Shown here: in pieces, positions 27,818 to 37,317 of the stretch
Layout: each line of letters starts with the position of its first letter
Numbering within the stretch: position 1 is the first letter of the stretch
NCBI GenBank assembly: GCA_905212515.1
Contig: CAJMEU010000001.1
Coordinates: forward strand, 1-51,883
Direction: 5' to 3'
DNA: 51,883 nt
Source of the DNA: an uncultured Oscillospiraceae bacterium
GTDB taxonomy: Bacteria > Bacillota > Clostridia > Oscillospirales > Ruminococcaceae
Position numbers and translations under genes: made by a program
Notes under the pieces: model-generated
Seen by the model: the letters and a program-made list of their open reading frames with translations, nothing else
What the model was told of the DNA's origin: nothing
The model's database searches: none

Positions 27818-30187
27818 ATGGATGTGGAGAAAATAATACGGCAGATGACACTGGAAGATAAAATCGCGCTGTGCTCCGGCGCGAACTTCTGGCAGACAAA
27901 AGAGATGGCGCGGTACGGTATCCCCAGCTTGTTCATGTGCGACGGCCCCCATGGGCTGCGCAAGCAGGATGCCGCGCACGGCGCCGATATGCTGGGCGTG
28001 AATGAGTCCAGGCCAGCCACCTGCTTCCCAACGGCCGTGACCCTGGCGGGCAGCTGGGATACAGAACTGTTGGCCGAAGTGGGTGCAGCCCTTGGGGAAG
28101 AGGCCGCGGCAATGGGGGTGGGCCTTGTGCTGGGCCCCGGGGTGAATATCAAGCGCGATCCGCTGTGTGGCCGGAATTTCGAATATTTCAGTGAGGATCC
28201 CTGTTTAGCGGGAAAACTGGCGGCGGCCCACATTGCCGGCCTCCAGAAAAATGGCGTGAGTGCCAGCCTCAAGCACTTCGCCTGCAACAATCAGGAATCC
28301 TGCCGTTTTACCTCGGACAGCGTGATGGATACGCGGACCCTGCGGGAAATGTACCTGCCTGCTTTTGAGACCGTGGTAAAAGAGGCAAGGCCGGGAACGG
28401 TCATGTGCGCCTACAATCAACTGAATGGGGTGCACTGCAGCGACAACCAGCTGCTGCTGACGGAGATTTTGCGGGAAGAATGGGGGTTTGAAGGCGCGGT
28501 GCTCACGGATTGGGGCGCCATGAGCGACCGCATCGAAGGATTCCGGGCAGGGTGCGACTTGAATATGCCCGGCGGCAGTGACTATATGGAAAAAGAGGTG
28601 CTGGCGGCGGTGCGAAGCGGCACATTGCCGGAAAGCGCTGTGGACGCCTCGGTGCGGCATGTGCTGACATTGATCCTGCGCGGCCAGGAGGCTTTGCACG
28701 GCCAGAGCGCTCTGCGTGCGGCGCATTCCTTCGACGAACAGACCCATCATGCGCTGGCGGCCCGCGCCGCGGAAGCCGGAGCCGTGCTTTTGAAGAATGA
28801 AGGTGTTTTGCCTCTGCGGATGGAACAAAAGATCGCGGTGATCGGCGCTATGGCGGCGCATCCGCGCTATCAGGGTTCCGGTTCCAGCCATATCAACCCC
28901 ACGCGCCTGTCCTGTGTGCTCGACGCCCTTCCAAACGCCCTGTATGCCGCGGGCTGCGACGACCGGGGCGACAGCACGCCGGACCTGCTGGCACAGGCGG
29001 CCCAAACGGCACAGGCGGCTGATGCGGCTGTGGTATTCGCGGGCTTGCCGGACAGTTATGAGTCTGAGGGTTTTGACCGGGACGATTTGCGAATGCCGAA
29101 GGGGCATATCAGGATGATCGAAACGGTGGCGCAGGCCAATCCGAACACAGTGGTGGTACTGCTATGCGGCTGTGTGGTGGAATGCCCTTGGGCTGAAAAG
29201 GTAAAGGCCGTTTTGTATATGGGCCTGCCCGGGCAGGCGGGCGGAGAGGCCGCCGCAGATCTTCTGTACGGACGTGCCAACCCCAGCGGAAAACTGGCGG
29301 AAAGCTGGCCTATGCGCTATGCCGATTGTGCCACTGCAAATTATTACAAAGGCCATCAAAATGCACAGTACCGCGAGGGGCTTTACGTGGGCTACCGCTA
29401 TTACGACAAGGCCAATGTGCCCGTGCGCTGGCCCTTTGGCTTTGGGCTTTCCTACACCAGCTTTTCCTTTTCGGATTTGAAAGTGGACGGGAACACTGTC
29501 GAGGCGACGGTGACCAATAGGGGAAGTGTTCCGGGGGCGGAGGTGGCACAGCTCTATATCGCGCCGCCGCAGGACGGTGTGTACCGCCCGTCCAAAGAGT
29601 TAAAAGGCTTTGCCAAGGTGTTCTTGCAGCCGGGCGAAAGCAAAACGGTGCTTTTTAAACTGAACGACCGCTGTTTCGCCGTGTGGGACGATGGCTGGAA
29701 GATCCCTCCCGGGGAATACACATTGTTGGTCGGCCCCAGCAGTGCCGAGCTGCCGCTGGGTATAACCGTGAAAAAAGATGGAAGGCCGCTGCCCATCCCC
29801 GCATGGCAGAAAGGCAGCTGGTACGAACAGCCGCACGGCGGCCCATCCCAGCAGCAGTGGGAGGCCCTGCTGGGACACAGCTATACCGAAACCGCCCCGC
29901 GCAAGGGCTGTTTTACCATGGACAATACTGTGCTGGAGATGAAAGAGCATTCCTTTGTGATGAAATGCATGTACAAGGGCATAGAGGCGACAGTCGCCAA
30001 AGGGTTTGGCGGCAAAAGGGATTATACCGACCCGCAGTTCCGCATGCTGATGGCTTCGTCGGCAGGCAGCCCCCTGCGCAGTATGCAGATTTCCGGCGGC
30101 ATAAAAGGCGGCCTGTTCAAGGGCCTGCTGGATATGGCCAACGGCCATTATTTACAAGGGGTCTTCAAAATGCTGAAAGGGTCATAG
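27818..30187 (+). CDS. GH3 beta-glucosidase
   Basis: DGPHGLR, GRNFEYFSEDP, KHFACNNQE, TDWG (nucleophile), ESEGFDR, FN3-like domain; no signal peptide. Confidence 0.93.
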   Translation: MDVEKIIRQMTLEDKIALCSGANFWQTKEMARYGIPSLFMCDGPHGLRKQDAAHGADMLGVNESRPATCFPTAVTLAGSWDTELLAEVGAALGEEAAAMGVGLVLGPGVNIKRDPLCGRNFEYFSEDPCLAGKLAAAHIAGLQKNGVSASLKHFACNNQESCRFTSDSVMDTRTLREMYLPAFETVVKEARPGTVMCAYNQLNGVHCSDNQLLLTEILREEWGFEGAVLTDWGAMSDRIEGFRAGCDLNMPGGSDYMEKEVLAAVRSGTLPESAVDASVRHVLTLILRGQEALHGQSALRAAHSFDEQTHHALAARAAEAGAVLLKNEGVLPLRMEQKIAVIGAMAAHPRYQGSGSSHINPTRLSCVLDALPNALYAAGCDDRGDSTPDLLAQAAQTAQAADAAVVFAGLPDSYESEGFDRDDLRMPKGHIRMIETVAQANPNTVVVLLCGCVVECPWAEKVKAVLYMGLPGQAGGEAAADLLYGRANPSGKLAESWPMRYADCATANYYKGHQNAQYREGLYVGYRYYDKANVPVRWPFGFGLSYTSFSFSDLKVDGNTVEATVTNRGSVPGAEVAQLYIAPPQDGVYRPSKELKGFAKVFLQPGESKTVLFKLNDRCFAVWDDGWKIPPGEYTLLVGPSSAELPLGITVKKDGRPLPIPAWQKGSWYEQPHGGPSQQQWEALLGHSYTETAPRKGCFTMDNTVLEMKEHSFVMKCMYKGIEATVAKGFGGKRDYTDPQFRMLMASSAGSPLRSMQISGGIKGGLFKGLLDMANGHYLQGVFKMLKGS

Positions 30188-30361
30188 GGCCCGGGGCCGC
30201 CACAGGCCTTTTGAAGCTTCATCCCTAGTTCCACTCCTCCTGCGGTGATTGTGATATCCTCCTTCGTCACTGGCCGCAAGCAGCCCGGAAGTGAAATGTA
30301 GGAAGAACAAAAAGCGCCTCGGTCTGTTAAAGTTCATGTTGGTTCGGCAAGATGTTACAGC

Positions 30362-30397
30362 AAGGCCGCCTATTCTCGGTTGAAAATAGGCGGCCTT
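30362..30397. terminator. Hairpin between convergent genes (likely terminator)
   Basis: AAGGCCGCCTATT/AATAGGCGGCCTT stem. Confidence 0.7.
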
Positions 30398-30466
30398 ATT
30401 ATCGGCTGCTCGGTTCGCCGTCCTGTAAAGCGGTAGTCCAAGCGAAGGATGGGCCCGATAGGTTTT

Positions 30467-31021
30467 TTATTTTAATCGCTTGATGATTCTTGCCGGGACT
30501 CCTGCCACAACGCAGTTATCTGGCACATCTTTCGTAACGACCGCGCCCGCAGCCACGACCACATTGGTTCCAATCGTAACACCGGGAAGAATGCTGCAGT
30601 TACCGCCGATCCACACATCATCCCCAATTGCGACAGGTTTGCTGTATGCTTTTTTCTCCCGCCTGTCTTTTGGGGAAAATGGGTGGCCGACGGTCGTGAT
30701 CAGCGTATTCGGCCCAATCATGCAATAGTCGCCGATATGTACCGGGGCAATGTCCAGAATCGTGACATTGTAATTCGTCAAGAAGTCCTCGCCGACGTGG
30801 ATGTTTTTCCCGTTATCACAGTTAAAATCAGGCTGGAGATATACATTTTTCCCCGTAGAACCAAACAGCTCCCGGATCGCTGCAAGCTGCGCCTCGTAGG
30901 CGGAAGGATCGATGGCATTGAATTTCGCACAGCCCTTCAGGGCGTTTTCCTTGCGGGCGACAACGCTTTCATCAAAGAAACAGTATTCCAATCCGGCATC
31001 TAATTTTTCAAGTTCGGTCAT
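30467..31021 (-). CDS. Sugar O-acetyltransferase (maltose/galactoside acetyltransferase family)
   Basis: [12 protein letters not shown], hexapeptide repeats, [19 protein letters not shown]. Confidence 0.92.
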   Translation of the reverse strand: MTELEKLDAGLEYCFFDESVVARKENALKGCAKFNAIDPSAYEAQLAAIRELFGSTGKNVYLQPDFNCDNGKNIHVGEDFLTNYNVTILDIAPVHIGDYCMIGPNTLITTVGHPFSPKDRREKKAYSKPVAIGDDVWIGGNCSILPGVTIGTNVVVAAGAVVTKDVPDNCVVAGVPARIIKRLK

Positions 31022-31040
31022 TTTTTAAGCCTCCCATTTT

Positions 31041-32399
31041 TTATCTGGTGATGTTTTTTAACCAGCCATATTTCCGGTAATGGATGATGGCGGCAGGCAG
31101 CTTGACGACTTCGTCTAAATTGATGATCAGAAACACAACGACAACAGGCAAATCCCAGTAGAACGCCGCAAGGAAACCGGCCGGAACCGCAAATACCCAC
31201 ATGGTGACGGTATCGCAGATCAAGCCGAATTTAGAATCGCCGCCGGCGGGGAAAATGCCGGCTATCGTTGTCATGTTGATCGCTTTCGCGACCATGTAGC
31301 AGGCGCAAAGCATCAACATCCACTTTAAATATTCGGTCGCCTGGGGGCTTAAAGCCGTTATCTTTAAAATCAAAGGTGACAACGCAGCAAGAAACAGGCC
31401 GGACGCCGCACCGCCGATCATCGCCATTTTCCAAAGCAGTCCGCCATACCGTTTTGCTTGGTTCAAATTTCCCGTGCCCAATTCGTTGCCCACAATCATG
31501 CCACCGCCATTTGCAAGGCCAGTACAAAAACTAACGATCAAATTTTTTACAATATTGGCAATTGAGTTGGCGGCCACAGCGTCGCTGCCCAAATGCCCCA
31601 TAATGACAGAATACAGGGTAAAGCCGCATCCCCACACCAGATAATCCCCCATCATCGGAACCGTATATATCCAATAGTCTCTGACCAAAAGCCGCTCTGC
31701 CGCGAAACAGTATTTCATGCGCAGCCTGATCCTGCCTTTTCGCAAAGATTCCGCGTATGACCAAAACAATACAATCAGCTTTGAAACAACAGTTGCAAAT
31801 GCAGCACCTGCGATTCCCATTTTGGGGAAACAGAGCAGCCCGAAAATCAGCGCGGCGTTTAAGAAAATATTGACGACAACAGCGCTTGACCCGATCACCA
31901 TGCTTTTCATGGCATGCCCGGTATTCTTTAAAATGCAAAGGTAAATCTGCGAGACGCCGGTAAACAGATAAGAGGATGAAACAATACGCAGGTAAATACA
32001 GCCGCCCGATATAAGTTGTGGTTCGGTAGTAAAGAAACGCATTAACGATCCGGGGATGAAAAGGGAAACCAAAAAGAAGCCGGTCGCAATCAGAAAGGAG
32101 ATCTTTGTGACATAAGCAAATATTTTTTCAATGGAAGTTGTGTCGCCTTTCCCGTAATACTGCGCGGCCAAAATGCTGGTCCCCATGGTCAACCCGCCCA
32201 TAAACAGGTTAAACACAAAAGTGACCTGTCCGGCAAGCGATGCCGCCGAGAGGGAATCCTGATTGACAAACCCGAGCATGAGCGCATCTGAAGCGCTCAC
32301 CGCCGCTAACATAAATTGCTGAAATGCGATTGGCAGCACAAGGGAAAACAATTTTTTGTAAAAAACCGTGTTCCCGCCGCTGAACGCCGTTGAATCCAT
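31041..32399 (-). CDS. MATE family efflux transporter
   Basis: LVLPIAFQQ, DALMLG, NAALIFG..PKMGIAGAAFAT; ~12 TM helices. Confidence 0.92.
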   Translation of the reverse strand: MDSTAFSGGNTVFYKKLFSLVLPIAFQQFMLAAVSASDALMLGFVNQDSLSAASLAGQVTFVFNLFMGGLTMGTSILAAQYYGKGDTTSIEKIFAYVTKISFLIATGFFLVSLFIPGSLMRFFTTEPQLISGGCIYLRIVSSSYLFTGVSQIYLCILKNTGHAMKSMVIGSSAVVVNIFLNAALIFGLLCFPKMGIAGAAFATVVSKLIVLFWSYAESLRKGRIRLRMKYCFAAERLLVRDYWIYTVPMMGDYLVWGCGFTLYSVIMGHLGSDAVAANSIANIVKNLIVSFCTGLANGGGMIVGNELGTGNLNQAKRYGGLLWKMAMIGGAASGLFLAALSPLILKITALSPQATEYLKWMLMLCACYMVAKAINMTTIAGIFPAGGDSKFGLICDTVTMWVFAVPAGFLAAFYWDLPVVVVFLIINLDEVVKLPAAIIHYRKYGWLKNITR

Positions 32400-32554
32400 G
32401 GAAGGACCTCCCGCCTGTTTTTGTGATAGTCTCCAGTATAAAAGAAATCAACCGGGGAAACAGCACCAAATCTTAATATTTATAGTGGCGTTTTCTCATA
32501 TAACATGATATGATAAAAACAAAAGCAGGAGCTTTCAAAGAAGGAGGCATCACG

Positions 32555-33511
32555 GTGGGCACGGATGCTTTATGCGCGGCGGTCGAGAGATTGCGGACGG
32601 AATATACAGCACTGGACTGGACATATCAAAAGTGCCGGGGTGAAAACAAAGAGGAAAAAATGTTTTATTGGCCCGGTGCGCCGGAAGAGGAAATTATGGT
32701 TGTCGTCCACCAAAGCGGTGGGCGGCAGGAGCTGTTCCACCGGCACGATTATTTCTATTTCAATTACACTTATCAGGGCGAATACGATTCCATCAGCTTC
32801 AAGTATGATAACCGCATCACGATCCGGGAAGGAGAATTGTATGCGGGCCAGCCTTTTGCGGGGCACGCTCTTTGCGTCCATGACGACAAGGAGACAACGA
32901 TCATCGGCGTACTGATTCAAAAAGATACCTTTTGCCGGGCCTTTTTACCCATGCTTTCCGCAAATTCAAAGCTGTTTCATTTTCTGCTTGATCCGTCGAC
33001 CAATGAATTTTCCGACGAATATATCCATTTCAAAATTGAGGACGACTGCAACATACGGGCGCTTCTTGAAATGATGGTGATAGAGTATGCCAACCGGCAG
33101 GGGGACACACAGGTAGTTCTGAAGTCGCTTACATTGTCGTTTCTCATTCAAATTGCACGTCAGTATGTGAATGTAAATCAGGGATCTGTAAAAGAAAGTC
33201 CTTCAGAAAAGATCGTTCAGTATATGGGGGAACATGTTGATACCGTGACGCTTAAAGAAATTGCAAAGCATTTTTCCTACCATCCAAATTATATTTCAAC
33301 CTTACTGCGCCGGGAAATTGGGAAATCTTTTTCAGAAATTTTGCTGGAATTGCGCATGGAACGGGCAGTCATCCTGCTGCAAGGGACAGGGCTGCCAGTA
33401 GAAAAAGTTTCCTCAGTTTTGGGATACAGCAACAGCAGCAATTTCTACAAAGCATTTCGGGATTACTACCACGTCTCTCCGCGAGAATATGTAAGCGCGA
33501 TTGCCCGATAA
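32555..33511 (+). CDS. AraC family regulator with cupin sensor, divergent from MATE
   Basis: FHRHDYFYFNY cupin, HPNYISTLL...GYSNSSNFYKAF HTH; GTG start after AAGGAGG. Confidence 0.88.
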   Translation: MGTDALCAAVERLRTEYTALDWTYQKCRGENKEEKMFYWPGAPEEEIMVVVHQSGGRQELFHRHDYFYFNYTYQGEYDSISFKYDNRITIREGELYAGQPFAGHALCVHDDKETTIIGVLIQKDTFCRAFLPMLSANSKLFHFLLDPSTNEFSDEYIHFKIEDDCNIRALLEMMVIEYANRQGDTQVVLKSLTLSFLIQIARQYVNVNQGSVKESPSEKIVQYMGEHVDTVTLKEIAKHFSYHPNYISTLLRREIGKSFSEILLELRMERAVILLQGTGLPVEKVSSVLGYSNSSNFYKAFRDYYHVSPREYVSAIAR

Positions 33512-33674
33512 AGCAGCAGAGATTGCGTAATGCTGTCGGTCAAGGCCCGGCGGGCCTATCGGGAGCCAGTGCTTTTCCTGCCGGCGGCGGGCACGGCGAA
33601 AACTGTGGGCGCCATCCCTTGAGGAAACGGCCGTCCCGCCGCTAAAAAAGTCGAACGATTCCCATAAAAATCAT

Positions 33675-33703
33675 TTGACATTTCTGCAGATCAGGGGTAT
33701 ACT
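33675..33703 (+). promoter_or_regulatory. sigma-A promoter of the csp gene
   Basis: TTGACA-17 bp-TATACT. Confidence 0.85.
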
Positions 33704-33829
33704 ATAGTTTGTATTCTGAATGTGTTTGATTGATTGCTGCAAGCGGTACGTCGAGGTTCAGTTCGGCGTACGGTTGGCAGCTTTTTCTATTGCTCTACAG
33801 AATAACATTTATTTCGAGGAGGTACCGTG

Positions 33830-34039
33830 ATGACTGGTACTGTAAAATGGTTCAATGAGACGAAAGGCTTCGGCTTTATTTCCAACGACGAGGGCGGCGA
33901 GGACGTGTTCGTGCACTTCTCCGCCATCCAGGGCGACGGCTTCAAGACGTTGGCCGAAGGCCAGCGCGTGTCTTACGAGACCGAAGCTGACCCCAAGAAC
34001 CCCGCCAAACTGCGCGCGGTGGATGTCCGTCTGGCCTGA
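33830..34039 (+). CDS. Cold-shock protein (CspA family)
   Basis: GTVKWFN, KGFGFI (RNP1), VFVHFSAI (RNP2); GAGGAGGT RBS. Confidence 0.97.
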   Translation: MTGTVKWFNETKGFGFISNDEGGEDVFVHFSAIQGDGFKTLAEGQRVSYETEADPKNPAKLRAVDVRLA

Positions 34040-34054
34040 GGCAGGCAAAATTTG

Positions 34055-34083
34055 AAAGCCACTTGTTCCAAGTGGCTTTTTTT
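34055..34083 (+). terminator. Intrinsic terminator
   Basis: AAAGCCACTTG/CAAGTGGCTTT stem followed by a T-run. Confidence 0.88.
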
Positions 34084-34252
34084 GTTATCGCGGCGGGAAA
34101 AGCGGCTTTTGCTCGGCACAGCGAAAGTTTCCCTTACATAAGGGGGACTTTTGTGCTATAATGAAAGTACAGTGTATCGCTTGGCGGCAGGCATCCGCGG
34201 GCGATGCGCTGTATTTGTATGATACACACGCAGCAGGTTAGGAGGAGAAGAA

Positions 34253-34765
34253 ATGTTCAAGAAAGGCGATTGGATCATCTACGGCAGCAGCGGCGTGTGC
34301 CAGGTGGAGGACATCGGTGCGCCGGATTGGGCCGAGGACAGCCAGCGGCAGTATTACAAGCTGGCCCCTCTTTACGATGCGGGCACCATCCACATCCCTG
34401 TGGATACAGACGTATTCATGCGCCCCATCCTGACGAAGCAGGAGGCGCAGGAATTGGTGGCGCGCATTCCGGAGATTTGTGCCGACCCCTGCGAACCCTG
34501 TGACCCGCGCGCTTTGGCGGAACATTACCGGGAATTCCTTCAGTCCCACGCCTGCGAGGATCTGGTACAGCTGATCAAGATCATTTATGAAAAGGGGCAG
34601 GATCTGGCCCGCCACGGCAAAAAGCCCGGCAAGACGGACCAGCAGTACCGCAAGCGCGCCGAGGACCTGCTGAACGGTGAATTGGCGGTGGCCCTGGGCA
34701 TTCCGGTGGAGGACGTGTCAGAATATATCCGCCGCGCGGCAGAGGGGGAGACCGTCGGATTGTAA
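34253..34765 (+). CDS. CarD family transcriptional regulator
   Basis: MFKKGDWIIYGSSGVCQVEDI, IHIPVD..MRP, ELAVALG. Confidence 0.88.
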   Translation: MFKKGDWIIYGSSGVCQVEDIGAPDWAEDSQRQYYKLAPLYDAGTIHIPVDTDVFMRPILTKQEAQELVARIPEICADPCEPCDPRALAEHYREFLQSHACEDLVQLIKIIYEKGQDLARHGKKPGKTDQQYRKRAEDLLNGELAVALGIPVEDVSEYIRRAAEGETVGL

Positions 34766-34924
34766 AAATTTTGTCCGGACGCCGCCCGCCTGCAGAAATA
34801 TGTTATAATAATCACAAGCGGTCATTAGACGCTTATTGCAAGGCGCCCGGCCCGCCCTTTGGGGCACTGCTGGCCGGAATGCACAAGAATACCCAAGATG
34901 TTTCGCATTTTTGGTATTGCGGAC

Positions 34925-34950
34925 GCAATAAACGCGGCTTTTGACGCGTA
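34925..34950 (+). promoter_or_regulatory. Candidate autoregulatory ECF-sigma promoter
   Basis: GCAATA-16 bp-CGTA, resembling Firmicute ECF consensus, 26 bp before the sigma start. Confidence 0.45.
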
Positions 34951-34976
34951 TTCCAAACAGTGGGGGGGCGAAGGGG

Positions 34977-35468
34977 ATGCCCGAAACGGCCGTGCTGCAG
35001 ACGGCGGAAGAGATCCTGGAAGTGTATGGCGATATGGTGCTGCGCACCGCATACGCCATGGTGAAAAACCGCGCGGACGCCGAGGACGTTTTGCAGGATG
35101 TGTTCCTGTCGCTGGTGCGCACCAATCCCACCTTCCAGTCGGCCGAGCACCAGAAGGCCTGGCTGCTGCGCGTCACCATGAACCGCTGCAAAAGCTTCCT
35201 GCGCAGCGCCTGGCAGCAAAAGACCCAGGGCCTGGACGAGGCGTTCCCCGACACCTCTTTTACCCCGGCGGAGAGCGGCGTGGCCGAAGCCATGGCCAAG
35301 CTGCCCCTGAAATACCGGCAGGTATTATATTTGTACTATGTGGAAGGCTATGCGGCGGGCGAGATCGCCCAGCTTTTGAAGCGTCCCCAGGGCACGGTGC
35401 TCAGCCAGATGGCCCGCGGGCGCAAAATGCTGAAAGAATTACTGGAAGGAGGGCAGGCCCATGCATAG
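34977..35468 (+). CDS. ECF RNA polymerase sigma factor
   Basis: DAEDVLQDVF, KAWLLRVTMN (region 2); LPLKYRQVLYLYYVEGY..EIA..GTV (region 4). Confidence 0.93.
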   Translation: MPETAVLQTAEEILEVYGDMVLRTAYAMVKNRADAEDVLQDVFLSLVRTNPTFQSAEHQKAWLLRVTMNRCKSFLRSAWQQKTQGLDEAFPDTSFTPAESGVAEAMAKLPLKYRQVLYLYYVEGYAAGEIAQLLKRPQGTVLSQMARGRKMLKELLEGGQAHA

Positions 35469-36897
35469 GGATGATTACCGCAGCGCCATGAACAAAGTTA
35501 CGCTGTCGGACGATGCGCGGGCGGCCCTGCTGGACAAAATGCAGAAGGTGCGGCAAGGCGAAACAGTGCCGGCCCCCAAGAAGGGCACTGCGGTGGTGCT
35601 GCGCCGCTGGGCGCTGCCCGCAGCGGCTGCGCTGGTGCTTTTGGCCGTGCCTTTGGGCGTTTATGCCTCCGGCCGGCTGGGCGCGGACGGCGCCCTGGCC
35701 GCTGCGCCCCGGGCCTCGTCCGCGGCAAGCCAAGGGGACAGTGCGCCGTCCGTGCCGGCGTCGTCTGAGCCGCAGGCGGTTTCGGAAAGCGAAGCGCCCC
35801 TGGCGCCTTCGTCCTTTTCCCAGCAGCCCCCGCAGCCTGCATCCCAGGCGGAGCCGGAGACGCCCCTGGCGCCCGCCCCCTCCGAGACAGGCACCCCCAT
35901 GCCGGACATGGGCGTGCAGTTTTACAGTGTGCCGCCAACGGCGGTGCAGCCGGCCCAACTGCCGCTGGACCCGGCCCAGGAGCCGCAGGCGGCGGCTGAA
36001 CCGCCGCTGGACAAAACGCGCAATGCAGCGCCCGGCGACGATGTGCCCCAGGTGACGGAAGAGATCGGCATGGCGAAAATGAGCAGCGGGTTCATCGGCC
36101 GCGTGACGCGTGCCGATACCTTGGCCAGCGGTAATCCCACGCGGGATCTGGCCCAAGAGGCATTGCCCACCGAGCTGCCGGTTTATAAGACGGGCCCCAT
36201 GGATACCCAGGCGGCCAAGGAGGCCGTCACGCGCCTGGCCAATGCCCTGGGGCTGCAAATAGAGACCTGGTGCGACGATGGGAAGGACGGGACGCTCAGC
36301 GGGGTGAGCGGCGCGTGGACGCTGTCCTGTACGGACAGCACCATCACCGTTGCCGGAACCGGTGTGCTGCTGCAGCGCGGCGCCGACGTGAAGGACGCCG
36401 ACCTGGGCCAGGATTTTGCCCAGCGGCTGGCCTCCCTGTCCGGCGCAGGCAAGTTTGCCTGGGAACAGCTGGGCGCTTATGACGCCGACAAACGCTTCAG
36501 CGGGAACCTGCGCCTGTATGTGGCATCCAGCGAAGGGCTGGAGAAAGATCTGTACCACTATTGTTTCGAGCGGCTGGCCCTCACGCTGGACAGTGCGGGC
36601 AATGCGGTGGGGCTGACAGCCTCGGTGCCGCAGCTGGCCAAGGCTCAGGCGCCGCAAGCTCTGCGCCCACTGGCGGATGCGCGCGCCGCTTTGGACGCCA
36701 CCCTGGCCGCCGGCCAGCAGGTGCTGCACCATGAGCTGGTGTATGTGCACAGTGAAACGGATCAGGATGCCATCGTGCCCTCTTACAAATTCACCGTCGC
36801 CACCGGCGAGAGCCTGGCGGGGTACTTTACAGACGGCGACGCCAGCGGGTACACGGTGGTGCGTACGCTGTACGTAGACGCCTTGGCAGCGGAATAA
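35461..36897 (+). CDS. Probable membrane anti-sigma factor with Pro/Ala/Ser-rich linker and extracellular domain
   Basis: Overlaps the sigma stop; short cytoplasmic N-terminus (YRSAMNKV), one TM helix, low-complexity linker. Confidence 0.7.
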   Translation: MHRDDYRSAMNKVTLSDDARAALLDKMQKVRQGETVPAPKKGTAVVLRRWALPAAAALVLLAVPLGVYASGRLGADGALAAAPRASSAASQGDSAPSVPASSEPQAVSESEAPLAPSSFSQQPPQPASQAEPETPLAPAPSETGTPMPDMGVQFYSVPPTAVQPAQLPLDPAQEPQAAAEPPLDKTRNAAPGDDVPQVTEEIGMAKMSSGFIGRVTRADTLASGNPTRDLAQEALPTELPVYKTGPMDTQAAKEAVTRLANALGLQIETWCDDGKDGTLSGVSGAWTLSCTDSTITVAGTGVLLQRGADVKDADLGQDFAQRLASLSGAGKFAWEQLGAYDADKRFSGNLRLYVASSEGLEKDLYHYCFERLALTLDSAGNAVGLTASVPQLAKAQAPQALRPLADARAALDATLAAGQQVLHHELVYVHSETDQDAIVPSYKFTVATGESLAGYFTDGDASGYTVVRTLYVDALAAE

Positions 36898-36908
36898 ATA
36901 CAAAGGGA

Positions 36909-36941
36909 AAGCCGTCGGCGCAAAGGGCCGGCGGCTTTTTT
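36909..36941 (+). terminator. Intrinsic terminator
   Basis: AAGCCGTCGGC/GCCGGCGGCTT stem followed by a T-run. Confidence 0.8.
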
Positions 36942-37021
36942 GACGGGTTGCGGAAGAGGCACCACGCCATAAGACATCCGCAGGATACGAGAAGGAGGAA
37001 AGCCCTTCTGCTTGAAAGAAT

Positions 37022-37051
37022 CGGGAGGAAGCGAACCTTCGCTTCCTCCCG
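37022..37051 (-). terminator. Hairpin ending the PadR-PspC operon
   Basis: CGGGAGGAAGCGAA/TTCGCTTCCTCCCG stem. Confidence 0.7.
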
Positions 37052-37065
37052 GTTGCTGTTTCAGT

Positions 37066-37260
37066 TTATTCGCCTGGATTTTCAGGGATGATGACCGCGG
37101 CGATCAGATAGGCGATGATGCCGCTGCCCAGAGCCGGTGCCAGCAGGATGAACGCCAGACGGATCAAGGTGGGGTCAACATTGAAAAATTCAGCGATGCC
37201 GCCGCACACGCCGCAGATCATGCGGCTGCGGCGAGAGCGATATAAGCGTTTGCCTTCCAT
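37066..37260 (-). CDS. PspC domain protein
   Basis: KRLYRS..MICGVCGGIAEFFNVDPTLIRL..IIAYLIAAVIIP. Confidence 0.93.
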   Translation of the reverse strand: MEGKRLYRSRRSRMICGVCGGIAEFFNVDPTLIRLAFILLAPALGSGIIAYLIAAVIIPENPGE

Positions 37261-37317
37261 AAAAATAACTCCTCTCTCATGACCCGCGTCAAACGCGGGG
37301 ATCGGTATGCACAAAAA

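Noticed and set aside
33512..33670. Second att site closing the island
   Set aside because: No copy of the tRNA-Val 3' end was found here or at 30.2-30.46 kb by eye.
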